The notes under the pieces: generated by a model
What the model was told of the DNA's origin: nothing
Database searches by the model: none
What the model saw: only the letters and a program-made list of their open reading frames with translations
NCBI GenBank assembly: GCA_030141605.1
Contig: JAQGDQ010000618.1
Span: forward strand, 62,001 to 126,000
Length of the DNA stretch: 64,000 nt
Reading direction: 5' to 3'
Source of the DNA: Tubiluchus corallicola
Taxonomy: Eukaryota > Animalia > Priapulida
Made by a program: the position numbers and the translations under genes
Shown: one piece after another, positions 49,901 to 62,809 of the stretch
Position numbering within the stretch: the stretch's first letter is position 1
Layout: every line of letters starts with the position of its first letter

Positions 49901-50821
49901 AGCAAAGTTTGGTAGTAAACAGAAAATACAGCTATACATCATTACAAAATTAATTGCAACGACAACAGCTCAAATGTAACAGCGATGATAATGACAATGC
50001 TGAAGACGATGACTATGAACACAAGAAAGGGCAAGCAAGAAACAGACAAACAACAACAACAACAGTGACATTGAAATAACAAAGAACAGACAGACAAACA
50101 AAAAGCAAATGAAAACAAATGCAACAGTATGAACCTCGAGTAAGTTACGAATTTTCGAATAGGTTACGTACAAAATATTTTAGTAGTACCAAACATTCCT
50201 TGCACCAAAATTCCTCACATCAAATTTTCCTAATACTACCAAACTATTCCAGTACTAAAGTTTTCCGGCACAAAATTTATTCTGTACCATTTTTACCTTG
50301 TACCAGATTTGTTTGTATCAAAAATACTTGACAAAACTTCATCAACTGGTACTGTATTTACCAGTATCACATTTTCCCTTTACCCAATTACAAAAAATTC
50401 CTGGTGTTGAACTTACTGCGCACCTGTTACTGCATGCACGTTTGTCTTTTGACAAATGATATATACATGTATGCAAAAAACTATGCACAGTATGCAAGAT
50501 ACTGTGATTTATATTAAATAGTAAATCTATTATACTATTTACTATTAAATACCCTTTACCTTCAGTGATAACAGGATAAAGGGAACTCAACGACTTGCAC
50601 CAGTTCAGCACCCTGCCTGACTCCAATGCGCTCCTCGTCATTCTGTCTATCACCGATTCCAGAAATCTTTGTCTAACAGCACTGGGGACTCTCGAAAGAT
50701 CTGGCAATCGGCAGGTGAAGGACGCTTCTCCTCCGAGACAGAGAAAACTCGATGTGTCAGTGACCAGACTCGAAGAGATTCGAGATAAAACAGCCCGGAT
50801 GATACGACATTGTGTCTCCAT
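37969..50821 (-). CDS. A20/TNFAIP3-OTUD7 family OTU deubiquitinase with four A20-type Cys4 zinc fingers; exons 50821(acceptor 50855)-50560, 44686-44493, 44342-44138, 42929-41760, 40039-39570, terminal exon probably 38055-37969
   Basis: Spliced translation includes FTCRLPDLS...ALESGRVLNW...[26 protein letters not shown]...LEELHIFVLANILRRPIIV...GIYLPL...SPVVLGYNGSHFVPL (catalytic Asp/Cys and His boxes intact). Fingers: CHTPDC..YCHEC, CQESNC..FCDLC, CIGPGC..LCIDC, CRVNGCSFYGDPELNLLCSKC. The first ATG and last exon are less certain. Confidence 0.88.
40302..40782. mobile_element. hAT MITE with 8-bp TSD
   Basis: TIR caggggagtgcaaatt / aatttgcacacccctg; TSD ttataaag at 40294-40301 and 40783-40790. 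Confidence 0.92.
42987..44064 (-). mobile_element. hAT deletion derivative retaining a transposase dimerisation-domain fragment (about 43805-43978)
   Basis: Ends aggggcctagcc / gtaactacaccactg. Minus strand translates to AEQSFSQLKQMKSYLLSIVGEDRLFRLSLCCVARELVSEVDYNKVVDYFAKK, matching the hAT C-terminal ERSFS.LK.IK.YLRS...ERL..L motif. Confidence 0.8.
45433..45920. mobile_element. MITE, hAT-like
   Basis: TIR cagggtgcataagattatggatat / atatccataatcttatgcagcctg; flanks ggtatata / gctatata (7/8 TSD). Confidence 0.85.
46340..46850 (+). mobile_element. RTE-clade LINE 3' ORF fragment (degenerate)
   Basis: ISLQTKIRIFSA...NSELWTLKANHKAKIDAFQKRNFRNIFCIRWPK...IGHMLRLPDDIPVKIAL, with stops and frameshifts. 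Confidence 0.8.
47848..48040. repeat. ~63-bp tandem repeat, 3 copies
   Basis: agacatgtttcttaattacacttgacatttcactttaatttaatgcaa recurs. Confidence 0.85.
48177..48278. promoter_or_regulatory. Pair of consensus kappaB sites in an intron of the A20-like gene
   Basis: GGGAAATCCC at 48177-48186 and GGGAAATTCC at 48269-48278, both matching GGGRNWYYCC. Confidence 0.4.
48676..49130. mobile_element. MITE, inverted homolog of 12124-12538
   Basis: cagggttctcac ... ttggaaaccttg; colinear reverse-complement match. Confidence 0.75.
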
Positions 50822-51688
50822 TGAGCCATTAATCGCTGGAAAATTATTTTCACACCTAAGTTTATGGCAATAAAAACGACATTAAAATTTCCAGTTACCA
50901 GAAACCAAAACTAGTATCAGTAACCCACTTTAAGGCATTTATCGTAGTAACACATGTATGATGAATTCACGAGTTTGAATTAGCTGATTTAAATTTCAAC
51001 GGATAGCAAAATTGAAATACATGTGTACAGATCATTGTCATTATTTCCAGTGAAACACATTAAAATAAACAGCTAAACCTTTACTTAATTAGTAAATAAA
51101 ACTAACTTGTCAGACTATTAAACTGAAAGTGGTGCATTAAAAGCTTACGAAACTGCATCGTACAGTTCGTACTATTACTATCAAAATTTTAGATGTCACT
51201 TCACGAATGACACAGTATCAAAAACTAACAAGTTATAACAACTCATCTTTTTATACGTACACAGCAAAAAATAAAGTCGCTCCTCTAGTTTAGTCCTCGT
51301 ATGTATGAATAGTTCCGTCAACATTAACTAAATAACATTAAATACTACGTTCTGTCTTGCTTAACTAGTTCTTTCTTGCATTATTCACATGTTCTACTAT
51401 GTGCATGAATCAATCAAAACGTGATTTTGTACAGTTCGGTTCCAAGTGCTGCGCGTCACAACGCGCATGTGCAGACGATTGATTGCCTATTCATGTTTAC
51501 TAAGTACAAGTATATGCACTTTGATTTCAATTATAAGTAACAACATAAATAACTCGATGCCTAACATTAAGTTTTAGTTTAATGTTCTCATAGATCATAC
51601 ACGTATCATAGCCCAATGATTAACAAACTGTCTCTATGCGAATATGAAGAGAATTAGCTCGTTCAACATTTCATTTTCACTAACTTAC

Positions 51689-51922
51689 TGATGTGCAAAT
51701 CTCGAGTCTATTTATATACATCCGTATCTTGCTCATGCGGTGCAAAGGTACTTATGTGTATCTAATATTCATGAATAACTGATTGGGGAATTTCCAAATA
51801 GTTAATTTACAGATATAACAATCCTCGTATGACTTTGATTCTACAAATAGCCTGACAAGTTACATTATTTGCCCCCATGAAATTTTAATTTTCACATGGT
51901 TTAGTCCAACTGGGGAATTTTC
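51689..51922 (-). promoter_or_regulatory. Putative core promoter of the A20-like gene: kappaB site(s) - TATA - Inr
   Basis: GGGAATTTCC at 51786-51795 and near-match GGGGAATTTTC at 51912-51922. Minus-strand TATATAAA starts at 51718 and TCAGT has its A at 51689, 29 nt downstream. Motif inference only. Confidence 0.5.
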
Positions 51923-54005
51923 AGGCCAGTCACATAGAAATTTTTTTTATCTCCTCAAACACACATTTTACAGCGTTAAAACAAAATTTAATTACGTATA
52001 TGAAATAATTCGGTAGCAGGATAAGTGTGAAGAGGTCAGAAGATATACTACAGGGGGCGAAGGAGAAAGGGTAACGAGGGACCATTCGGTCAGCATCCCT
52101 TCTCAGAGAAAATTAATGAAATGTTTTAGGCACTGCAAAAATTATTAAACAAAACTGAAAGCATAACAAATGAGTGATAATATAAAAAATAAAAATATAT
52201 AATTATGGCAACAGAACATGTACAATAACACATATAAAATTTTACAAAGTAGAAGAAATAACAAAAAATAATACGAATATAAGCAAATAAAAAAAGAAAA
52301 AAATTTAAATTAAATAATTTGGCCTTGTGCCAAGAGGGAAAAATGAATATAAACAAATGAAGGAAAGAATTAAAATAAGCAAGAGCAATATGCACCTTCA
52401 AAATATGTAACCAAAAAAGAAAAAATCGTGAAAGAAAATTAAATAAAATGAACCAAAACAACATGAATTATATAAGAGATCCATCATAGGGTATACGTAG
52501 TTCCGATGATCGTTTGACCTTCCCTTTTCTGAGCTGTAAAAATAAAAACTAAAAAAGCACAGTGCAATGTAAAAATAGAAATTTGGTCAGTTATAGCTTA
52601 TACACGTCTTTTAGTTTTAAGATTTTTAACTGATGCTATATAGGTGTAACATAGGATCTTCTGTAAATATTTGATACACGTTTAATAATTCGTTTTGATT
52701 GCTAATCAAGGGATGCAGACGTAGATGTTGGTGTTGATCCACAGGTAAATATCCGGTTCTCTAAATATTAGCATTATAATTAAGTTAATGTTTGATTCTA
52801 GAGAAAATGTCTATTATAACGATGAGGAATTTAGTGGTATGGTGGAAGTTTACGTGACGCGACATGGTAATCCAGAGTAAGCACCTTAGGCAGTTTTACA
52901 CCTATGCACGCGGAAACGTAACCAGAAATTTACACTGTACAAACACCACCACCCCTTTCCCCGGATTTACACACGCCACGCCCCCTCCACCGGATCACGT
53001 GCTAATTTCAAGTTTAACGACATAATAAGTTCCAGTTGTAAAGTTCAACATCTTATTTCTTAAGAAGGAGAACCAACACCAAAAATGTCAGCTTGCGTAG
53101 GCTAGACTTCCTATAAGTTTTAACCTCCGGGATACGTCATAATTACAATTTACCACTATGTTATCAATTTCTTAGTACAACAAAACATACCGATACAATT
53201 TCTACAGTGAATAATTGATGAAATGCCTCGATACTGATATTATAAAATTGAACTGCATTAATAAAAAGCAATTTACAAGAGGATCTTCGATAGTACTGCT
53301 AATTATTAGAACGAAAATGTATTACAAAGGTAAAAAATCAAGAGACATTTTGAAATGTAAACAAAGCCAATAGAAAACAGTGAAGGTAAAAACATTAATG
53401 GTTACATTCGTTAAAAGTACTTTGTACGTCTTTTTATAAAAATCTTAACTGCACTTTTTGTTTTCAATTTAGGTCTAGCAAACTTGCATTTCCTGTATCT
53501 CAGACGCGCCGATTTTCTTTTTGGTGACAGATTGGGGAAACGGACGCGGCGTGGATGATTCAACATTCAACACGCATATTTCACTCAGCAATTTTGCATC
53601 TTTTTTTCAACAATAATGCTTTTCATCCTGCATCTGACCTTTCCACTTCCGCTATTTCCACATTCCATTATTTCGTATCAACTTGAACAATTTCAACTCA
53701 CTCGCCGTCGAACAGTTTCATAATTCAAAGGCTTAATGCTGTTGCGAACATGGCGTTATCTTAGAATTCAATGTTAAATTAATGTCATTTTGACTTGTGC
53801 AATTTTGAAGGCAGAGAATATAGAAATGTCGAAGAGCTATTAGAAAGGACGGAAGATAGGACAAATACGCCAAAGTCCGGATTAATCTAGGAAAAGAGGA
53901 AAATGAAAATATTACAATAGAAGTTGATTTAATTATAAGCCTGCTTACAACTATAACATTATAATTATAGTGATGTATGCTTACAAGAAAAGATATAAAT
54001 GCGAA

Positions 54006-54168
<163 letters not shown>

Positions 54169-57100
54169 CACACTAATCATAACCAAAATTAATTGTGACT
54201 TTTTCTTCAACTTTTTTCATGACTTTATTACCGATCACTGTATCTGTTGAGGACACCAGGTAATTCCACTGAAGCTACGTAAATGTTCCGAATGGCAGTT
54301 CGTTTATATAAGAATTGACGAAATACGAACAAATCTCGCACTGAGCATCGTGAAGACTGCGTGAACCTTCTGCGACCCCAGCGCGACTGCATGTTTACGA
54401 GAATCATTAACATCGCGATGTACACGAAGCGGTTTTCTTTTGACAAGTTACTATAAATTTTATTGCTGACGACAATAAGCAGGCTCATTTTTCGTGCGTG
54501 TGTGTGGGGGAGGGGAATTTTCTTGTCTAAATTTCAACAGGACATCAACTTGGTGTTTAAAGTTAATGGTTAAGGTTGGGACGTCAAACTGAACGAACTC
54601 ACTAATCAGTGCTTCTGGTTTTCCATTGTTGTACTATCATTAAAATATATTTATCTAATTGCCTGCCTCACCCCAAATTAGGTCAGTAACTATCTAAAGC
54701 ATTGGTTCCATAACCTGGGGTCCCGGTACCCCCTGGGGGCACCAAACGCAGAACTGGTTTAACAAAAATTTTGCCCTGAGAGCGACTCAAAAAAAGATAT
54801 AAGTCTCAAAGCTAAACAAAGAGGATAAAATTGTTGAACCCGATTTGACATTGAACTCAAACAACAAGAGCCAAGACACTGAATGTCGTGAGTCGTGACT
54901 TAATTATATTGTCACTAATAAAATGTTGTCTTAATAAATATTTTTATGCTTTTATTTTGGGTGGCAGAACGAATGAAAAAGGTTATGAACCACAGATCTA
55001 AGGTGGACTGCAATCAGTAAATGAAAACATGAACAATGTCTAGGACACAGAATTCATAAAACTAATTTGCTAGCGGCAAAACGCAGCCGTTGATATTATC
55101 CTTGACTGATAGTTACTGAGTGACTGTACATGTAGAGAATTCGACATCTAAGCAGCCCGACGGAAACACTAGATTTATAGGCAGCTATTCTGCAGCTGCC
55201 ATCACAAAAAATAGCACTGTCCATGATAAAATGTGAGAAGCCGCAAAAGTTGCACCTTTGGGGAAAATGTGGGCAATTAGTCATCACTAAAATTTTCAGA
55301 TTACTAATGAGAGGAACAACCATATGGAATTTCATTTCAAATTTAAAATAACGATCCACTCAATCTGTTTTACTCCACGACACCATTCTTACAGGAAGTT
55401 GCAGTGTTCTCGAATAAGCTTTTGTGTTTGAAAAACCGAAATTACTCATTTATGCAGACGTTATCAAAATCAGGCCAAGTGTATGGTAATTTTGGAGGCG
55501 ATAATGTCATTCACGTACAAAATTGTGACCTGATACTATGCAAATAGGGATTTTACATCAAATATCAGCGATTTGTCCCATTTAACGAACGCAGTAGCCT
55601 AGTTTATTATCTAACTTGGCAATATTTCAAGCCATTAAACTTGACTAAGCTATACTTTACGATGTTGTTATGCACACAGTGACAAGTTGCAACTGACTCC
55701 ACTTTTCACCAAACATCCACTTTATACAGCCCTATGAAGTGAAAATTTTACTAATAGATGGCGCACGTGTACAGTGTACTTAATATTTTGCACAGCAAGC
55801 GAATTTAAGGAAAGAACAAGTCACGCAGTATGTTGGGTTTATCTAACTGCGGTCATTTAACTTATAAAAATATAACAAAGAAATTTGTGAAAAACTTTCT
55901 ATAAAGCATAAGTAAATGAATAAAATTTTTCGGGCATTGTGGCTGCTGCCAATCGTTTGAAAATTATGACGTAACTGGAGCACTTCGTGACTTTTTGTAA
56001 GCGTATCGTGGCTTTCCATAAGCGCACATTGCTTAAACTAATTCAAATTTCTGCAGCTTACTAGTATTCACACGAAAATGTTACAAAATGACAGTGGGCT
56101 AATACAAGCCTTTGCTTCTCTAGCCCACTGCAGTACAATTATTCTTTCATGATAACGATAGTGTATGAAACATTTGATACAGTAGATGTAATAATTCTGA
56201 TGTCACTGTGTGCTTAATGTCATTATATTGTACTGAATGTGATAATAATAATAAATGTAAATGTAAAAAATTAGCTATCTAATGTTTTTTTTGTAAAAAC
56301 TTATGCTTCTGACGAAAGTTGACAGTGGGATATTCCTCTTCAAGACAAATGACATCATTGGAAAAAAGGGCATTGAAAATGGAAGCGCCCAAGTATGAAG
56401 TGTCTCGACTTTAAAATGATTTTACCAGTTACACGAGGTGCTTATTGCAGCTTTATCACTAAATCCTTCTGATATGAGATACTGAAATAAACCTATAATT
56501 TCCCGGAAGGCCTGGCATTACCTTTACAGCCCCAAACAGTAAGGCATGTATTTATAATGCACTTACACATGGTCTTAAGATAATCCTAATCCAAGCACTT
56601 TTTCTCAGTAATTATCACTATGTAAACAAATGAACTGAGCAGCAAGAATCCTGCTGTTGATTTAAAAACAGTAACTTAGTGTTCATTTAACTTAGTCATT
56701 TAACAGGCAAAGTAAAACATGTAAACAAAAATTATTATGCACTATGATAACTGCAGACTAAAAGTGATGACACAATATTAGCAGTTCCTGTTAACAAATT
56801 ACACCACTCTGAGGAATGAGTGAGAAAACAAAGTTTCTCTAGACGTTTTTTTTGTTTTGTTTCTTGCTTTTGTTAAACAATCAAAGACTGGTAACTACAG
56901 TTCTAATATAAAGCCTGGTAACTACAGTTCTAATATAAATTTTGTTTATTCTAATATAACATGATGCAACAAGTTTTTACCAAGTAAAAACATTCTAGAA
57001 CAGTCTAGTACTTAAGAATTTGACAATGAAGTGATTGCGAAATGAACTATGATGCCTAACAACATCCATTTAGGCGACATTTTGTTTTAACGACAATTTT

Positions 57101-57278
57101 TTACATTTTTCAAAACAATCTTCACTTTAGCAATGACTTTTTAAACTAACTGAAATCATTAAAACACCACACTGCTGCGTTCTTCTGTTCAAAAGAGCTA
57201 CTAGTAGTGTAAAAACTACGCAGCCTATAGTATGACTTGTGTTTCGTCTCGAGATGGACAGCTAAAGCCTGCTATAGC

Positions 57279-58325
57279 TAGGGTTACCATATTGTCTGAG
57301 TTGAAAAAGAGGACCACATGTCGAGCATTCGGCTTCTCAGTAATATCGACCTGCGCGAAAAAACTGGTACTTGGCCTTCATTTCATCTGTAAATGCACAC
57401 AATGCGCATTGCTATTTTCTAATTAACTTTTACCAGTTGCTCAAAATTGCAAAACTGCAAAACTATACAAATTTAAAGAAATTCACATAAAACACAAACA
57501 AAATGGCTCCCGGAATACTCCACAACACCATTCTTACAGCAAGTTGCAGTGTTCTTGAATAAGCCTCTGTGACTGAAAAACCAAACCTACTCATTTATGC
57601 AGACGTTATGGCGATAACGTTAATCATGTGACCGGATACTATGCAAATAATCAGCAATTTGTCCCATTTAACCAAGGCAGTAACCTAGTTTATTATCTAA
57701 CTTGGCAATATTTCAAGCCATTAAACTTGACTAAGCTATACTTTACGATGTTGTTATGCACACAGTGACAAGTTGCAACTGGCTCCACTTTTCACCAAAC
57801 CTCCACCTTATACAGCCCTATGAAGTGAAAATTTTACTAATAGATGGCGCAGGTGTACAGTGTACTTAATATTTTGCACAGCAAGCGAATTAATGGAAAG
57901 AACAAGTCACTCAGTATGTTGGGTGACATAAAATTTAAGGAAATTCACATAAAACACAAACAAAATGACTCCTGGAAGCTGACGTCATTTTAAGTCGTTA
58001 GTGAATACACCGAGTATCGACAGCGGTGCGAGTCGTGTGACCCATAGTGATGTGTGCATTGCTTACTTTTGTTCAGTAAACATGTACACAAAGCTTTTAC
58101 AAGGGTTGCATTTTGAGATGTTAGCAACATCTTGTATTGAAAATTAATGAGCTTTTCTTTGTCTCGTACTGTCGTACACTTCTGCAGTTGGCAACGTCCG
58201 TACATACTTACGGATTGAGGCAAAACCTGCCGATTCCAGACAAACTGCCGATTTTTTGAAAACACGCCCGGACAGAGCCCAAAAAGAGGACGTGTCCGGG
58301 GAAACCCGGACGTATGGTAAGCCTA
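57279..58325. mobile_element. hAT non-autonomous element with perfect 8-bp TSD, carrying a duplicated local segment
   Basis: TIR tagggttaccata / tatggtaagccta; TSD gctatagc at 57271-57278 and 58326-58333. Confidence 0.9.
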
Positions 58326-59573
58326 GCTATAGCTATGTGATCCATTTCCTTACTTGCCACTCCCACCAAGTCTTACACCAATGTAGCAAGGCACAAAATT
58401 TATACTAAAACAGCAGATTCACAGCACCGTGTGCTCAGATGTGTCTTGAAAGATGAAAGAAAAGTGTGTGGAGGGGAACGGTATAGGTAAAAACGACAGG
58501 TAGTTTTAAGGCAAGTAGAAAAAAATTGAAGAATATGCATAACACCCATAAAATGTTAAATTTATGCAAACTAAGCATTACTGATTTTTGCCCCGGAGCA
58601 TATCTGAATACTTTTACGTTATTTCATACGATAAATCCGGATAAGTTTAACAATGTTTCGCTTAACAACACCACTCGCTGGAACGCATCGTTCTCTCACA
58701 TGACACTGGGATCATTAAGAACGGACATACTGTACAAATCAATAAGCGCAATAATATTTTAACACCACTTTTGTCAGAGTCCCGTGGTGGATAATTGATC
58801 ATAGTCAAGTGCAAGTGTTGACTTTATTTATCATCTGCTCAGTGTGTCAGAAACAAGTCCTGGTGTTCGCAATACTTTCGAACAAGCACAATACAGTAGA
58901 GAAGTAGGATAGCACTGAACAATTGTGTTAACCTAGCGATTCCAACCTGGCACTTATTTTCACGTGCTATCTGTCGTAAGCCGTCAGATGAAGTCTCACT
59001 ACGCAGTAATTTACAGCATCGTTTATACCTGTTAATCGTGCACTAAGACCCGTCTAAAGCAGTCAATTTTTTAAACGGCTGCCATTTTCAACATGGCTGC
59101 CACAAGTTTTGTCATTAGTACAATCATATGAAAAATTACTCATGCATAAATAACACAAACAAATTTTATTGTCTGCTATGGTTTCTATGTTGATCGTGCG
59201 GTACACACAAGTGTCTCACGATTCCAAACTTTGTAACAGTTACAAATCGCTAGTGAAGTGTACTTATGATTTTCTTTTGTATATTGAAACTACTGACCTG
59301 CACACTGAAGCCTAATATTTGTAAACATTAGGCAAGAAAGTTCAAACGAATTATAGTTTCATCCGAAATCAAAATTTGCAAAAAAGTAGGGTTTTTTGAT
59401 TATATGATTGCATTACAGCACATAATCTGATATCCATGCGGTCAGGCGTTGCAGTTCTATGGATATGAACGCAGATGAGTTATTAATCAAATCAATTCAG
59501 CAAAACATAATTCTCCTGGCGTAAATATCTTCTTCACTGCTGACTAGAAACATGTTAGCAACAAAAGAAAGCT

Positions 59574-62500
59574 TCACTTTTTGAATGCCTCAGATGCGAC
59601 TTCTGTCACGTCGGCGCTGTTGTCATTTGGCGACTTTTGAGAAGATGTTTGGGAACTACGACGTACCTGTCTTTCGAGTTCGTCTAAACTGTCTGCTTTC
59701 TTCCTGAAATCTTCTAATAGTTTAGCTCCACTTTTGTCGAGTTCAGAAAGAGTTAAGGCTTTCATGCTTTCCGCGAGTCTCCCGGCCGGAGCAGCAAACT
59801 CTTCCTCCGTTTTCGGCATGTACAGTTCGAAAACTTGAAAGTATTTGAGAATTCTGCTTGCATTTGCGGCTTCCAGGCTGTATTCGCTTGAGAGTTTAGT
59901 CGCCGTCCAAACTTCAGGTTGAGCCTGATGGCGCGACAACATCTCTAATGCTAAACGAAGGCTGATTCTGCCGGGAGGTATCATTTTGGGTTCAGCATAA
60001 CCAAACTTAGGAGCTTCCACTTCGCTCCTGTCTTGTGGTAACGGGCGACCGCTAGAGTCGTCTTCCTATAAACAAGAATAAAACTGTTTCATATAAGCAC
60101 TTTTTATGCATGAGTAACAAAACTGTTTGGCAGCCATATTGCAAAATGGCTGACAAAAAAACTAAAACATCTACTTTTTATCTGACTTAGCGCCATGCAA
60201 GAGAGAATATGACACTTTTTGATATCGTTTACTCCATGTTAATAGTTGTTATGAAATTGACAGTTTCTTATCAACCTGCCTAAGACAAGACCCTGTACCC
60301 AGGAAAGTCCTCCTCTTCATCCAAAGGGGTATAAATTTATCCTCAATGATGTAGATATCCACGACAGTTTGGCATTGAAACCGGGCAAACTGCGGAAAAC
60401 AAGTATTGAACATCAATCCGCCCCGGCCAAGCACAGTTTGACTCGGCCGCTAAAAAGAAACGGTGACCACTCTATCTATTCACCCTACCGTAAAAGATTT
60501 AGTTACAAGTTGTTATGTCTGATTACAACAAATTTCATTCTACAAACTAGTAAAGACTGTAGTCTAGGGCCCCTCAAACTTTGGTAACATTTGGTAAAAA
60601 AATCAGTTATGATTTTATTATGGTTATGTTGAAATAAGTGCTAATTTGATTTGCAATAAATTGAAAAATACTGGCATATTTCAAAGAATATTCTTATTGA
60701 CAAACAAAAGATAACTATTCTAGTTTATTTAAAAGAAGACCGGACAATTGTTTAAACTAAATATCATTTTAATTTACTGTCCAAAATATACATTTACTTG
60801 CCTATAAAAGTTAGCAATTGTTTCTTATATTTGAATAGTTAGCTTAGAAAGTTAATTAATGGCAACCGAACACAGCTATTGCTTACATCAAAAACTAACC
60901 ACAGTTTGTGCAATGGCAGGCGTCTTCCCTTGCGCATCAAGCGCATTTGCATAGGTGTTACAGTACTGCGCATGATGTCACGAAAAATGGGCTTTACATC
61001 GTATGGCGTCAGAAACTAACCACAGTTTGTGCAATGACTGGCATTTTCACATGAGCGTCAAGCATGTTTAAACGCATGATGTCACGAAAATGAGCTCTAG
61101 AACAAAAGGTAACTGTCTTGTATAACGTATCTTACACTGTCATTAGACTGAATCCCAGACGTGACGTAGACGTCTTTCAAGCGGGTGTACAGTTGTTCAT
61201 TTCTAGCTGCTAATTTCTTCTTTATTTCTGTAGCTGCAAATGAAAATACATTAACAGATGGGACACATGCTGGGTTTAAATTACAAATTCTGTAGAAACA
61301 TTTCATTTTGGTATCTTGCATTGAAATTATCATTTTGTAAAAAAACTCATTTCTGTAACATTAACAAACCAGTCAAACCTAGCACCATTGTACGAGATGC
61401 AAAAGCGAAGCAGCCTGGAAGACCATTCATGTTTTCTGAAGTCAGAACCTACCTTTCAGGTGTAATGCGACATTTTGTGAGCGGCACATTTCAACAGCAG
61501 AATCTAGATTTTGGTTTTGATTCCAATTTAAGAAACCTCCAATTGTCAAAGACCTGCCAGGCCTACTTTAAATCTGATTGCGAAACAAGTTGCATAAAAT
61601 CAAACCGCGTGTTCAGCATTGATCGTATTTGCTTTGGTTTTGTTTCAGTTACAAGTCCATAGCAGTCTTGGGAAGGTTTCCATTGGGATTGCAATCATTT
61701 TGTTCAGCTCCATTTCAGAAAAAATAAACAGGCAATCAAATTCTTCGGAAACGTATTCCATTTCCCGGATTTTTCTCAATCATAATTTTATGATTAGATT
61801 AGGTTTATTTGTCTCATTTAAATTTACACATATAATAACATACAATGTTTCTTTAAAATGATAAAAACTACATTGAGACGGGGTGGCGAAAGACCATGAG
61901 GTCACCTAGCAGCCGCACCAATTTATTTGTAATACTTATTTAGTTAATCGAGTGACTCTGTTAGCAGCTTAGTGCGAAACATGTTTAATAATTATAGAAA
62001 TTATAAGTTTACAATAAAAATTGTGTTACAAAAAACTAAAGAAATATATATATATATTTGTTATTAATATCTAATTTACTTAAAGCCTTTGTTAGTGTAT
62101 GCAAAATAACAGATAAACTAAAATGAAAATGCCTTGAACAATAACACAGTAGCACAAGAGTTTAACAATTGACAAACAGACATTTCAAACAGGTCAAAAA
62201 ATCAATCAATCACAGTTTCACAACATTGACAACATGTTCATGAAGTCATCCACAATCATTCTTCTGTGAGATATTGTCACTATGACAAAATAAGCAGCAA
62301 AAGTATTATTTTAGGTTTTAACATTTAAGTTACATAATGAAAAGAGAGAGTACTTGTGTTGCCTATTTTTGCCTGACCATGTCCTTAAACAACTCCTAGG
62401 CAAATATGCTCACAAAAATTTTACAATAATGCTACGTTTTTTCGTACTATGTAAATAACTCAGCATAAACTGATTCATCAATCATACCATCTTGATCAGG

Positions 62501-62626
62501 AACAGCAGCGGCTATCGTGTGTCGAGGAGCCAGCGGTCGCTTTTCTCGTCCAATGGCTTTAAATGCTCTGTTTTCTACATTGAATTTCTGAAATGGTCTT
62601 GAAAGCCGCGAAAAAACCTTTCCCAT
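59574..62626 (-). CDS. NDUFAF4: NADH:ubiquinone oxidoreductase complex assembly factor 4 (~242 aa); exons 62626-62488, 61233-61136, 60065-59574
   Basis: Spliced protein MGKVFSRLSRPFQKFNVENRAFKAIGREKRPLAPRH...LYTRLKDVYVTS...RPLPQDR...IPPGRISLRLALEMLSRHQAQPEVWTATKLSSEYSLEAANASRILKYFQVF carries the NDUFAF4 family motifs (N.ENRA, APRH, LKDVYV.S, IP.GKIS, WTA.K...EY.L, LKYF..F). Phases are consistent. Confidence 0.9.
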
Positions 62627-62809
62627 ATCACTTGCCTGAAGCCATACAAAATTAAGAATTATTAAAAATTCGTCACAAAAAATTTACAACTTTAAACTAC
62701 TTAGATATGTTTTTCATTAAATCCCATTTACAATAATCAGCAGTGTAAGTAAACAACTATCCATGAAGCCATGTTTTTACTGCAAATATGATGAGTTTGC
62801 ATGATAAAT

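Noticed and set aside
53480-53760. Homeodomain-like or transposase-like minus-strand reading
   Set aside because: Several stops and only vague similarity; not supportable by eye.
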